Source: Nonomuraea sp. NPDC050663 (lineage in GTDB: Bacteria; Actinomycetota; Actinomycetes; Streptosporangiales; Streptosporangiaceae). Taken from it: 64,000 nt of DNA. How positions within the stretch are numbered: the stretch's first letter is position 1; each line of letters begins with the position of its first letter. Shown one piece after another: positions 28,301 to 36,784 of the stretch. The stretch lies in the NCBI RefSeq assembly GCF_044456985.1, contig NZ_JBITGL010000015.1, forward strand, positions 71,269-135,268. Direction: 5' to 3'. Made by a program: the position numbers and the translations under genes. The notes beneath the pieces were generated by a model. The model was not told the DNA's origin and did no database searches. It saw only the letters and a list, made by a program, of their open reading frames with translations.

Positions 28301-30819
28301 GTGAACAGGTCGAGCCGGTCGCGCAGGGCGCGGCCGGCTTCCTGCTGGGCGGCCTTGATGCGGCCGTCGAGCTCTTCGGCGCGCACGCTGTCGCCCAGCT
28401 CGCGCAGCTCGGACGACACCGAGCGGAGCTTGGTGATCATGGGGTCGGTGGCGAAGTAGGTGTTGACGTCGTCGAGCGAGCCGAGCGTGGAGACGCGGCG
28501 CGAGACGCTGGCCAGGATGCGTGAGGCCGAGGTGAAGAGCCGGTCGGTGCGGCGGGTGCGCTCGTCGAGCAGGGTCTGCTTGCGCGCGGAGAACGCCTCG
28601 TAGACGTCGTCGCGCTTGTCGGCGAGCTGGGCGGAGAAGTCGTCGAGCTCGCCGAAGCGGGACTCGAGGGTCTCCAGCTGCAGCATGAGCTTGCCGAGCT
28701 GCTCGTCGCAGCGCTCGGGGGTCTCGGACATGGCCAGCGCGCCGGTGACGGCCTGGCCGAGCAGGGCGAACTCGGCGGCGAAGGCGGCGCGGCCCTCGAC
28801 GGTCATCAGCTCGCGGCGGCGGCCGTCGAGGATGGCACGCGCGCGGTTGACCCCGGCGATCACCTCGGCGATGCGGGCCAGGATGGAGGTGCGGACGGTG
28901 GCGTCGGCGATGTCGAGCGAGCCGACGACCTCGGTGACGACCTCCAGCCCTTCCGACTGGACGGCGAGTTTCTCGACGACGGGGGCCGACTGCGACACGG
29001 TGGTGATCGCCCCGGCCTCGGCGGCGAGCTGCTCGACGGCGGCGTGGTAGCCGGTGAAGGCGTCGGCGCCCCGCAGGAAGGAGACGGCGCGTTCGCCGAC
29101 GGACTTCAGCTCGGACGCCAGCTCGGCGGCGAGCTCGTCGAGCCGGGTGGCGTCGATGTAGCGGACCTCGCGCAGCCCGACCAGCCGCCCTTGGGCGCGG
29201 CGCAGCGAGGCGAGCGAGGCGACCCACGCGTCGGCGGAGCCGGGTGTGTCGCCCCGCGCCTGGCGGACCAGCGTGACGGTCTCGTCGGAGGCCTCGCGCA
29301 GCGCCCGCTCGGCCTGCGCGGTGAGCTGCTCGACCTTCTCGAACTCGTCGAGCACCTGCTCGGCGGTGGCGCGCACCTCGGCCAGCGGCTCGCGCAGGCC
29401 GTGTTCGCCGAGCCAGTGGTAGTGGTCGGCGGCGCGGGTGCAGGCGGCGATGAGCGCCTCGAACATCGCCTCTGAGGCGGCCATCTCGTCGGCCATGCGC
29501 GACACGGACAGCGCGTCGGAGATGCCACGCACCAGCTCGGCGTTGCCGATGCGCTCCAGCGGCCCGGCGCCGGTGGGCTGGGCGGCGGCGTAGGTGTCGG
29601 AGACGTAGGGGGTCTGCCAGACCTGCATCGGGTGCACGCGGGTCGGCTCGTCGGAGGTGGCCCGAAAGACGATCATCGTGCCGTCGTCGAACAGCGAGAA
29701 GCCGTGGCACGGGATCGGGTTGGCCACCTCCTTGCGGATCACGTTGTAGGGCAGCAGCAGCGACCTGCCGTCGCCGCGCGCGTGGAAGACGTAGAGCGCG
29801 TCCTCGCCGTTGGGCGAGCGGATGACGCGCTCGAACTCGAGGTCGGTGACGTCGGTGTCGAAGGTCTTGCTGATGCCGGTGGACAGGTAGTAGCCGCCGG
29901 GGAAGATCAGGCCCTGGTCCTCGGGCAGCCGCTGGCAGGCCTGGCCGATGCCGTCGAGCCTGGTGACGCTCTTGGTGCGGGTGTTGAAGACCAGGTGGCG
30001 CCAGACGGTCTCCTTGTAGGGCTTGATGCGCAGCAGGAGGAGCGGGCCGATGCGGGCGTATTCGACGTCGGCGTCGGCGAGCGACTGCAGGGGCTCGTTG
30101 ACGGGCTCGGTGTAGATGCCCTCGCCCGACTCGGTGTTGTCCTCGATCTTGATCGTCAGGTCGCCGCCGACCGTCTCGACGAACACCTCGTTGCCGATCG
30201 CGATGTGGGGATGGCGGCCGAGGATGTGGTCGTCGCGGGTGGTCGGGATCCACTCGAAGTCGTGGGACGGCGGCATGACGTGGTCGCGCTCGCCGCGGGC
30301 GTCTTCGTAGGTCGGCACCCCGGCGGTGTCGACGCTCCATCGGAGCACGCGCGTGTCGCTGGGACCGGTCTGGAAGACGGCCAGCAGCTTGCCCTCCACC
30401 CGGCGGAGCTGGGTGAGCCTGGTCTCCTTGTAGTAGCGGTACAACTCGGCGAAGTCCTTACCGAAGACGGGGTCGTTGAGCGACGCCAACTCTGCCGCCT
30501 CGAACCTGAACGCCGAGCCCTCCCGGGTGAACCTGTGGACAGAGAACACGTCGTTGACGGACGTCTCGGACTTCAGGCCGATGAAGACGTTGTAGCCGAA
30601 CAACATCACGTCGCCGAGCGAGACGATGTCCCTCGGGACGCAGTTGTTCTCGGTGCGAAGGCGCTCGGTGCCGATGAGCGTGAGCTCCGACCCGCCGAAG
30701 ACCTCCAGGCGCTGGGTGTTGAGGCTCTCCGCCGCCTGGGCCAGTTCATTCGACTGGGCGAGCAGGCGGTTCCTGAGCACCTCGTAGGTGCCCGCCTCGA
30801 GGCCGGTCGTCTCGGTCAT
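25360..30819 (-). CDS. Giant (1819 aa) multidomain protein: N-terminal beta-rich domain, long coiled coil, disordered T/G/S/P-rich linker, C-terminal AAA-type ATPase
   Basis: Single uninterrupted ORF. C-terminal Walker A LLISPPGYGKTTLMEY, Walker B TLLYLDDIQH, and sensor-like NPYTESGQRFRIPDMLSNR. Central region rich in E/A/R/L heptad-like sequence. Low-complexity linker around 27100-27700. Confidence 0.8.
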   Translation of the reverse strand: MTETTGLEAGTYEVLRNRLLAQSNELAQAAESLNTQRLEVFGGSELTLIGTERLRTENNCVPRDIVSLGDVMLFGYNVFIGLKSETSVNDVFSVHRFTREGSAFRFEAAELASLNDPVFGKDFAELYRYYKETRLTQLRRVEGKLLAVFQTGPSDTRVLRWSVDTAGVPTYEDARGERDHVMPPSHDFEWIPTTRDDHILGRHPHIAIGNEVFVETVGGDLTIKIEDNTESGEGIYTEPVNEPLQSLADADVEYARIGPLLLLRIKPYKETVWRHLVFNTRTKSVTRLDGIGQACQRLPEDQGLIFPGGYYLSTGISKTFDTDVTDLEFERVIRSPNGEDALYVFHARGDGRSLLLPYNVIRKEVANPIPCHGFSLFDDGTMIVFRATSDEPTRVHPMQVWQTPYVSDTYAAAQPTGAGPLERIGNAELVRGISDALSVSRMADEMAASEAMFEALIAACTRAADHYHWLGEHGLREPLAEVRATAEQVLDEFEKVEQLTAQAERALREASDETVTLVRQARGDTPGSADAWVASLASLRRAQGRLVGLREVRYIDATRLDELAAELASELKSVGERAVSFLRGADAFTGYHAAVEQLAAEAGAITTVSQSAPVVEKLAVQSEGLEVVTEVVGSLDIADATVRTSILARIAEVIAGVNRARAILDGRRRELMTVEGRAAFAAEFALLGQAVTGALAMSETPERCDEQLGKLMLQLETLESRFGELDDFSAQLADKRDDVYEAFSARKQTLLDERTRRTDRLFTSASRILASVSRRVSTLGSLDDVNTYFATDPMITKLRSVSSELRELGDSVRAEELDGRIKAAQQEAGRALRDRLDLFTDGGETLRLGRHRFAVNTQPIDLTLVPHDGAMHFSITGTDYRSPAPATFADTRPFWDQLLVSETPAVYRGEHLAAALLATARPDDDLPALVRQAAESRYDEGYERGVHDHDAALILDALVRLTSGAGLLRFPSRARAAAQLYWAYGVDEVSRKTIAVRASSLARARGLFGGSGGVEALSGELGGAIARFLAGVGSDHTRSDRTRSDQGAPFGGQALTATSPPATTPSPSPSGHPTGFTATADSGTATPDTGTTTETGTTGTSTPAAGTTATSATSTTDTTTDTGTGIGTGIGTGTGTGFAPGSRPMQPHPAAHHPASPTASGHFPASSSGGHLPTPGAGAAMSSATGGPSPSSSATGGPSPSSSAATGPSPSGAVGAHASSPIPQAPSSTNGHHGASSHTPDDRTVADLAAALGVDGATAALAGEYLVEELAATPAGFVTSAAARALVERFHQALGPDKAKEFQADLHQLALPYRVQLAQAWLEAFEQAPELPEALALLLCDVPRYDSGATLTATIEGLLGTHPRISERKLEVRLDEILPRTKAFRDERVPAYRAYQKRRNELVQVEKDRLRLEEYKPKVMSAFVRNRLLDEVYLPLIGDNLAKQLGAAGEGKRTDQMGLLLLISPPGYGKTTLMEYVASRLGLLFVKVNGPALGHDVTSLDPAEAPNATARQEVEKISFALESGNNTLLYLDDIQHTSPELLQKFISLCDAQRRIEGVWNGRTRTYDLRGKRFAVCMAGNPYTESGQRFRIPDMLSNRADVWNLGDVLSGREELFALSYVDNALTSNPVLAPLSTRDRGDVELLVRLARGDSSVRADQLTHPYSKVELEQVLAVLRKLIRVQEVVLANNRAYIASAAQSDDARTEPPYKLQGSYRNMNKLAERIVPAMNDAELEAVISDHYLGEAQTLTTDAESNLLKLAELRGVLTAEQEARWRDVKQAFLRTRALGGAEDDPVTRAVGAIGLLADRVSEVGTAIRGS
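27187..27276. repeat. 3 x 30-bp tandem repeat (ggatggtgagggaccgccggtggccgagct) inside the giant ATPase CDS
   Basis: Read directly. It encodes the SSATGGPSPS x3 tract. The adjacent GT-rich tract at 27400-27560 encodes TG/GI dipeptide repeats. Confidence 0.8.
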
Positions 30820-30883
30820 CGTCCTGTCCTTCTCGTGGCCGGGCTGACAGCAGCCGTCGCCGTGGCCGGGCTAACAGAGATCG

Positions 30884-30914
30884 CGTACGGCGAAGCGGTC
30901 CGCTCCGCCGTACG
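30884..30914 (-). promoter_or_regulatory. Intra-operon hairpin (CGTACGGCG-N13-CGCCGTACG) between the flotillin stop and the giant ATPase start
   Basis: Perfect 9-bp inverted repeat. An adjacent 16-bp direct repeat, GTGGCCGGGCT(G/A)ACAG, occurs twice at about 30829-30875. Confidence 0.4.
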
Positions 30915-30925
30915 CCCGCCTCGGA

Positions 30926-33076
30926 TCAGTTTCTCGCCGCCGTCAGCGCCGCCACGGGGGACTCGGCCACGCCGAGCCGCCTGGCCGTCTCCAGCAGCTC
31001 GTTGAGCTTGCCGGTGTCGGGCCCGCCGCCCTGGATGAGCTTCAGCAGCAGCGCCGAGATGGTCAGGTTCTTCAGGTCGTCGGTCGACACCCCGCTGAGG
31101 ATGCGCCCGAGGTCGGCGGTCAGGCTGGCCGACCCGTTGAGGTACGGCTCGGCGAGCGAGGAGGCGACGGTGGAGTGCCCGACGAACCCGTCGACGGCCT
31201 TGCCCGCGGTGATCGAGCCGACGATCCGGTCGAAGAACGTCGATTCGCCGCCGACGATGTCGATGTTGGCCTTGGCCAGACCTGCGGCGACCACGGAGGC
31301 CTGCGACTCGGCGACCTGGCGCTGCACGTCGATGCGCTTGAGCTCGACGTCCTTGGACGCCTCCAGCCGCAGGCGGTACTCCTCGTGGGCGCGGGAGGCG
31401 TCGTCGAGCGCGGCCATCGCGGCGGCCTTCTCGGTGAGACCTTCTGCCTCGGCCTTGAGCTTCTCGCCCACCGCGGAGGCCTGGGCAACCGCCATGGCGG
31501 CGGCGCCTTCGGCTTCGGCCTTCAGCTTGGAGGCGAGGGCGCCGGCCAGCGCGGTCTCGCCGTCGGCCTGGGCCTTGAGCCTGTCGCCCTGGGCCAGGGC
31601 CATGGCGCGGGCGCCGTCGGCCTCGGCGCGCAGCTTCTCGGACAGGACGAGGGCTTCGGCGCGGCCGACCTTCTCGATCGCCTCCGCGTCGCGCTCGCGC
31701 ACCTGCACCTTGGCCAGGCCTTCCGCGGCGGCGGACGCCTGGACGCCCTCGGCGAGACGGATCTTGGCGCGGGCTTCGAGGTCGGCGGCCTGCTGGCGGG
31801 CCTCGGCGAGCACGATCTCCTCGCGGGCCTTGAACTTCGAGGCGGCCTCCGCGGCCTCGGCGGCCTTGATGTCCTTGACCAGGTTCTCCTGGGCCTCGGC
31901 CTCGGCGGCGATGATCGTGGTCTGCCGCAGCCGCTCGGCCTCTTCGAGTGCGCGCAGCTTCTTGATGCCCTCTTCCTGCTCGGCCACGGTCTTCTCGACC
32001 ACGATGCGCTCGCGGATCACCTCGGCGATCGAGCGCTTCTCCGTCTCGACCTCCTTGTCCTTGGCGATGCGCGACAGCTCGGTCTCCCGCTCGCGCGAGA
32101 TGACCTCCAGCATGCGGTCCTTCTCGATGCGCTCGGACTCGATGGCGATGACCCGCTCGCGGTTCTTCTCGGCCACCGCGACCTCGCGGGCGCGGTTCTC
32201 GTTCTGGACGCCGAGCTGCTCGTCGGTCTTGAGCGCGGCCGACTGGGCGCGCAGGCGCTCCTCGGCCTGGACGCGGAAGATCTCCGCCTCTTCGCGGGCC
32301 CTGAGCGTCTCGATCTCGCGCTTCTGCTTCAGCTCCGCGTCGGCCTGGCGGCGCTCCAGCTCCAGGATGGCCTCGCGCGCCTCGACGTTCTGGCGGGTGA
32401 TCTCCTTCTCCTCGTTGCGCGTGAACTCGTTGGTGCGCACGTGCTCCAGGGCCGTCAGCTCGGTGATCTTGCGGATGCCCTGGGCGTCGAGGATGTTGCT
32501 CTTGTCGAGCTGGATCAGCGAGGTCTGCTCCAGGTAGTCGATCGCGGCGTCCTCGAGGATGTAGCCGTTGAGGTCGGTGCCGATGATCCGGATGATCTCG
32601 TCGCGGAACTCGTCGCGCTTGGTGTAGAGGTCCACGAAGTCGAGGTGCTTGCCGGCGGTCTTCAGCGCCTCGGAGAACTTGGCGTTGAACAGCTCCTGCA
32701 GGGTGGTCTCGTTGCTGGCCCGCTCGGTGCCGATGGCCTGGGCGACCTTGATGACGTCTTCGGCGGTCTTGTTGACGCGGACGAAGAAGGTGATGCGGAT
32801 GTCGGCCCTGATGTTGTCGCGGCAGATCAGGCCCTCGCGGCCGGAGCGTTCGATCTCCATCGTCTTGACCGAGATGTCCATGATCTCGGCGCGGTGGAAG
32901 ACGGGGAAGACGACGGCGCCGGTGAAGGTCACGTCGACCTTGTTGATCTTCGAGATGACGAGCGCCTTGCCCTGCTCGACCTTCTTGAACAGGCGGCTGA
33001 TCACGATCAGCAGACCGATGATCACGATGAGGACCACGGCCAGCAGGACGCCGAAGCCGGTGGAGATGACGTCCAT
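30926..33076 (-). CDS. Flotillin-family (SPFH/band-7, YqiK/FloT-like) protein, 716 aa
   Basis: N-terminal TM MDVISTGFGVLLAVVLIVIIGLLIV, SPFH domain, then a long E/A/R/K-rich coiled-coil flotillin tail. Start set at ATG 33076-33074, which overlaps the NfeD stop (TGATG). The ORF-track start at 33442 would overlap NfeD by 366 nt. Confidence 0.85.
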   Translation of the reverse strand: MDVISTGFGVLLAVVLIVIIGLLIVISRLFKKVEQGKALVISKINKVDVTFTGAVVFPVFHRAEIMDISVKTMEIERSGREGLICRDNIRADIRITFFVRVNKTAEDVIKVAQAIGTERASNETTLQELFNAKFSEALKTAGKHLDFVDLYTKRDEFRDEIIRIIGTDLNGYILEDAAIDYLEQTSLIQLDKSNILDAQGIRKITELTALEHVRTNEFTRNEEKEITRQNVEAREAILELERRQADAELKQKREIETLRAREEAEIFRVQAEERLRAQSAALKTDEQLGVQNENRAREVAVAEKNRERVIAIESERIEKDRMLEVISRERETELSRIAKDKEVETEKRSIAEVIRERIVVEKTVAEQEEGIKKLRALEEAERLRQTTIIAAEAEAQENLVKDIKAAEAAEAASKFKAREEIVLAEARQQAADLEARAKIRLAEGVQASAAAEGLAKVQVRERDAEAIEKVGRAEALVLSEKLRAEADGARAMALAQGDRLKAQADGETALAGALASKLKAEAEGAAAMAVAQASAVGEKLKAEAEGLTEKAAAMAALDDASRAHEEYRLRLEASKDVELKRIDVQRQVAESQASVVAAGLAKANIDIVGGESTFFDRIVGSITAGKAVDGFVGHSTVASSLAEPYLNGSASLTADLGRILSGVSTDDLKNLTISALLLKLIQGGGPDTGKLNELLETARRLGVAESPVAALTAARN

Positions 33077-33627
33077 CAGGAAACCCTTTCGTCGGGCATG
33101 ACGTAGTAGAACTCGCCGCCCGCGTCGTAGTCGAAGATGAGGGCCTTGTCGCCGCGCTTGAGCACGTCGGCGCCGGTGGTGCGCACCTGGACGACCGCGG
33201 TGGAGCCGTCGGCGGCGGTGACCTCGGCCTGCCCGAAGCTGTTGCCGGCCAGGCCGGTGCGCACCACGCACGGCATGCCGACGAAGTCGTGGCGGGAGGG
33301 CGAGGCGGCGGGTGCCAGCCGCCGCAGCGGCTTGACCAGCAGTTTGGTGACGAACCACGAGGCCGCCACGGCCAGCACGAGCACGCCCACGCGCAGGGGC
33401 GTGCTGTCGACGAAGGTGCCTCCCGCGAGGCTGAAGAACCACGCGAGGGCGATCAGCAGCGACAGCGTGACCCCGGCGGGCACGCCGCTCAGGCCCAGCC
33501 AGGCCAGGTCCTCGTCAAGGTGGGTCAGGCCGGTCACCACGACGATCCAGTAACCGATCACGACCACGAGCAGGAACGTGAAGATGACCGCTGGGAACGC
33601 CAGCGTAGCGTCGATGAAGTCGCTCAT
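33076..33627 (-). CDS. NfeD-like (YqiJ/YuaF-type) membrane protein
   Basis: N-terminal TM helices plus a C-terminal OB-fold-like beta region (VVRTGLAGNSFGQAEV...VVQVRTTGADVLKRGDKALI). The canonical partner sits upstream of flotillin, with a stop/start overlap. Confidence 0.7.
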   Translation of the reverse strand: MSDFIDATLAFPAVIFTFLLVVVIGYWIVVVTGLTHLDEDLAWLGLSGVPAGVTLSLLIALAWFFSLAGGTFVDSTPLRVGVLVLAVAASWFVTKLLVKPLRRLAPAASPSRHDFVGMPCVVRTGLAGNSFGQAEVTAADGSTAVVQVRTTGADVLKRGDKALIFDYDAGGEFYYVMPDERVS

Positions 33628-33767
33628 CGGCTCCCCGTAAATACCCCGTAAAGCGGAGTGCCGACTATATCCCCGTTAACCATCGTTTTTCAGTATCTGA
33701 GCTGGCATTGCAGCCGACTTGCTATCGAGTTGACCTCGACCGCACTTGAGGTTGCATCGTCGAAGAC

Positions 33768-34661
33768 ATGAGAGCTGCGGCATTCGCGACCCCAGGGTCG
33801 CCGGACGTGTTGGAAGTCATGGAACTGCCGACCCCTGAGGCCGGCCCGGGGCAGGTCAGGGTGCGGGTGAAGGCCGCCGGCGCACAGCCGTACGACACGG
33901 CGGTGCGCGCGGGATGGGTCCCGCCGGGCATCGGCGACGAGCTGCCCCGCATCCCGGGAAACGAGTTCGCAGGTGTCGTCGACCAGTCCGACACCATCCC
34001 GATCGGCACGGAGGTGCTCGGTTTCACCCAGCTGGGCGGGTATGCCGAGTACGTGGTGGTCGGCGCCGACCAGGTCGCGCCCAAGCCCGCCGGGCTCGCG
34101 TGGGAGATCGCGGGCGGGCTGACCGCGGGGGTGCAGACCGCGGAGATCGCGCTCGACACCATCGGGCTCAAGGAGGGGGAGACGCTCCTGATCCACGGCG
34201 CCGCCGGTTCCGTGGGACACGCCGCGGTGCAGATCGCGCGGCGGCGGGGTGCGCGGGTGATCGGCACGGCCCGCCCGGAGAACCACGACTTCCTGCGCGA
34301 GCTGGGGGCGATCCCGGTCGAGTACGGCGAGGGCCTGCGCGAGCGGCTGGCGGCGCTGGGCCCCATCGACGCGGTCGTCGACGGCGCCGGGGGACAGGCC
34401 CTGGACCTGTCCGTCGAGCTCGTGGCGGATCCCGCCAGGATCGTCACGCTGGTCGATCACGGCAGGGCGGCGCAGCTCGGCGTCATGACCACGCAGGGTG
34501 TGCGGACCGCCGTACGCCTGGGCCGCTACGCGCAGCTGGTCGCCGACGGCGAGTTCACCTTCCACGTACGGCGGGCGTATCCGCTGGAGCGCGCGGCCGA
34601 CGCCCACCGCGAGATCGAGACGGGCCACGGCCGGGGGAAGATCGTCATCACCGTGGCGTGA
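33768..34661 (+). CDS. NADPH:quinone oxidoreductase / zinc-type MDR-family oxidoreductase
   Basis: GAAGSVGHAAVQIARRRGARVIGTA Rossmann motif; MDR pattern without the catalytic-zinc Cys ligands. Confidence 0.8.
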   Translation: MRAAAFATPGSPDVLEVMELPTPEAGPGQVRVRVKAAGAQPYDTAVRAGWVPPGIGDELPRIPGNEFAGVVDQSDTIPIGTEVLGFTQLGGYAEYVVVGADQVAPKPAGLAWEIAGGLTAGVQTAEIALDTIGLKEGETLLIHGAAGSVGHAAVQIARRRGARVIGTARPENHDFLRELGAIPVEYGEGLRERLAALGPIDAVVDGAGGQALDLSVELVADPARIVTLVDHGRAAQLGVMTTQGVRTAVRLGRYAQLVADGEFTFHVRRAYPLERAADAHREIETGHGRGKIVITVA

Positions 34662-34778
34662 TGTTGTCGATGGAAGGCGTTCACGCCACTCCTGCGCGTG
34701 GACGCCGATCGGCAGGATGAAGGACATCGACCGAATGAGATGTCCGGGAACGAGCGGACATCAAGAAGGGAAGCACCG

Positions 34779-35237
34779 ATGTCCGCCGTCACCGCCACTC
34801 CCGCCGCCGACAACGCCGCCGCCCTGGCGCACTTCGCCGCCCGCCTGGCCTTCGAGACCGACGTCTCGGACGTCGCCGCCGACCTGGCCGAGGGCGTGAA
34901 GGACGTCATCGTGATCGACTCGCGCAGCCAGGAGAGCTGGAACCAGGGCCACGTCGAGGGTGCCGTGCACCTGCCCACCCGCGAGATCGCCACCCGCGCG
35001 GCGGCCGAGATCCCGCGCGACGTCACCGTGGTCACCTACTGCTGGGGTCCCGGCTGCAACGGCGCCACCCGCGCCGCGCTGGAGTTCGCCAAGCTGGGTT
35101 ACCGGGTCAAGGAGATGATCGGCGGCTTTGAGTACTGGGCGCGCGAGGGCTTTCCCGTCGAGACCCTGAGCGGTGTCACGCGCCACCCGATCGACGCCCT
35201 GACCGCCCCGGTCTCGGGCATCGCGTGCGCCTGCTGA
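34779..35237 (+). CDS. Rhodanese-domain sulfurtransferase (single domain)
   Basis: Active-site loop CWGPGCNGATRAA with catalytic Cys; DSRSQESWNQGHVEGAVHLP. Start taken at the ATG preceded by GAAGGGAAG. An upstream in-frame ATG at 34698 is possible. Confidence 0.75.
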   Translation: MSAVTATPAADNAAALAHFAARLAFETDVSDVAADLAEGVKDVIVIDSRSQESWNQGHVEGAVHLPTREIATRAAAEIPRDVTVVTYCWGPGCNGATRAALEFAKLGYRVKEMIGGFEYWAREGFPVETLSGVTRHPIDALTAPVSGIACAC

Positions 35238-35254
35238 CGAGCCCCTGATTGGCG

Positions 35255-35289
35255 CCCCCGACCGGACGCACCTGTCGGGGGCTTTTGCT
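35255..35289 (+). terminator. Rho-independent terminator (GCCCCCGAC-N12-GTCGGGGGC followed by TTTTGC)
   Basis: Perfect 9-bp GC stem followed by a T tract, 18 nt after the rhodanese stop. Confidence 0.75.
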
Positions 35290-35329
35290 ACTTACCCGCG
35301 GCTCAGCTCGGTCAATCACAGCGATGATC

Positions 35330-35845
35330 TCAAGAATGTCGCCGGTTGTAGCGGTTGACCTTGGCGCGATTGCCACATGTCTCCATCGAGCACCACCGGC
35401 GCCGCCCGTTCTTGCTGACGTCGTCGAACCACAACACGCATTCGGGGTTGGCGCACTTGCGCACCCGCTCTCCCCGCTCGCCGACCAGACGCGCCAGGCC
35501 GGCCGCCGCGATCCAGGCCGCCCGCCAGGCCGGATCGTCCACGATGACCTCCTCGGTCACCACGCCCGCCCTGAGCAGCGGGCGCCTGGAGCCGTGTCGC
35601 AGGATCGAGTTGAGTGAATCCTCGTCGCCTGCAAGCGCCTTCCGCATCGCCGTACGGCTCTCGACCAGCCGCTCGCGCGCCCGCTCCAGGTCGTCGTCGG
35701 CCGGGAGGCCGTGCTCGTCGAGCCAGGCCCGCACGTTGCGCAGGTCGTCGAAGTGGTCGACGCGGGCTCCCTGCCAGTTCCACCACGTGTTCACCAGGTC
35801 CAGGGGGAGCGGCTCTCCGATCAGTGGTCTGCTCATGCCTCTCAT
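35330..35845 (-). CDS. ABATE/CGNR zinc-finger domain protein (putative stress-responsive regulator)
   Basis: C-terminal CANPECVLWFDDVSKNGRRRWCSMETCGNRAKVNRYNRR is the CGNR zinc finger. Confidence 0.8.
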   Translation of the reverse strand: MRGMSRPLIGEPLPLDLVNTWWNWQGARVDHFDDLRNVRAWLDEHGLPADDDLERARERLVESRTAMRKALAGDEDSLNSILRHGSRRPLLRAGVVTEEVIVDDPAWRAAWIAAAGLARLVGERGERVRKCANPECVLWFDDVSKNGRRRWCSMETCGNRAKVNRYNRRHS

Positions 35846-35932
35846 TCTAACCTTCTAAATGGTGTTGACAGGTTAACCGGAGATCACTACAGTCCTCATT
35901 AACCACTGAAACTGCTTTAGAAGGTTAACGAC

Positions 35933-36784
35933 ATGGAACACCGCTTCGCCAAGATCGACGGGCTTGAGATCTTCTACCGCGAGGCCGGAGACCCCTCCGC
36001 GCCCACATTGCTCCTGCTGCACGGCTTCCCGACCTCGTCGATCGCCTACCGCACGCTGATCGACGAGCTCGCCGGCGACTTCCATCTGGTCGCGCCCGAC
36101 TACCCCGGCTTCGGGCACAGCTCGGCGCCCTCGGTGGAGGAGTGGGACTACACCTTCGATCACCTGACCGACGTGGTGGACAAGCTCGTCGACACCCTTG
36201 GGCTCACCCGCTACGCGATCTACGTGCACGACTACGGCGCGCCCGTCGGCTTCCGCCTGGCCCTGCGCCACCCCGAGCGAGTGACCGGCATCATCACGCA
36301 GAACGGCAACGCCTACGACGAGGGGCTCACCCCGTTCTGGGACCCGATCCGCGCCTACTGGGCCGACCCGACTCAGGGCGAGCCGCTGCGCGGGCTGCTC
36401 ACCAGGGACGCCACCCAGTGGCAGTACACCCACGGCGTCCCCGACCCGGACCGCGTCGACCCCTCGCTCGCCCTGCACGACCAGGCGCTCCTCGACCGGC
36501 CGGGCAACCAGGAGGTCCAGCTCAAGCTCTTCCTCGACTACGGCACCAACCCGCCGCTCTACCCGCTCTGGCAGGAGTACCTGCGCACCCACCGGCCGCC
36601 GCTGCTGGCCGCCTGGGGTGAGGGCGACGAGATCTTCGGGCCCGACGGCGCCAGGGCCTTCACCCGCGACCTGCCCGACGCCGCCGTCCACCTGCTCGAC
36701 GCAGGACACTTCCCGCTCACCACGCGCCTGGCCGAGAGCGCCGCCCTGATCCGCGACTTCCTGCACGGCCTGGAGGAACGATGA
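35933..36784 (+). CDS. Alpha/beta-fold hydrolase (epoxide hydrolase / haloalkane dehalogenase-like)
   Basis: HGFPTSS oxyanion region, nucleophile elbow VHDYGAP and a C-terminal GHFP catalytic His. Confidence 0.8.
   Translation: MEHRFAKIDGLEIFYREAGDPSAPTLLLLHGFPTSSIAYRTLIDELAGDFHLVAPDYPGFGHSSAPSVEEWDYTFDHLTDVVDKLVDTLGLTRYAIYVHDYGAPVGFRLALRHPERVTGIITQNGNAYDEGLTPFWDPIRAYWADPTQGEPLRGLLTRDATQWQYTHGVPDPDRVDPSLALHDQALLDRPGNQEVQLKLFLDYGTNPPLYPLWQEYLRTHRPPLLAAWGEGDEIFGPDGARAFTRDLPDAAVHLLDAGHFPLTTRLAESAALIRDFLHGLEER

Noticed and set aside
30926-33442. 838-aa version of the flotillin ORF
   Set aside because: The first 122 residues are Arg-rich nonsense overlapping the NfeD gene in another frame. The conserved flotillin N-terminus (MDVISTGFGVLLAVV) begins at the ATG at 33076, which overlaps the NfeD stop.
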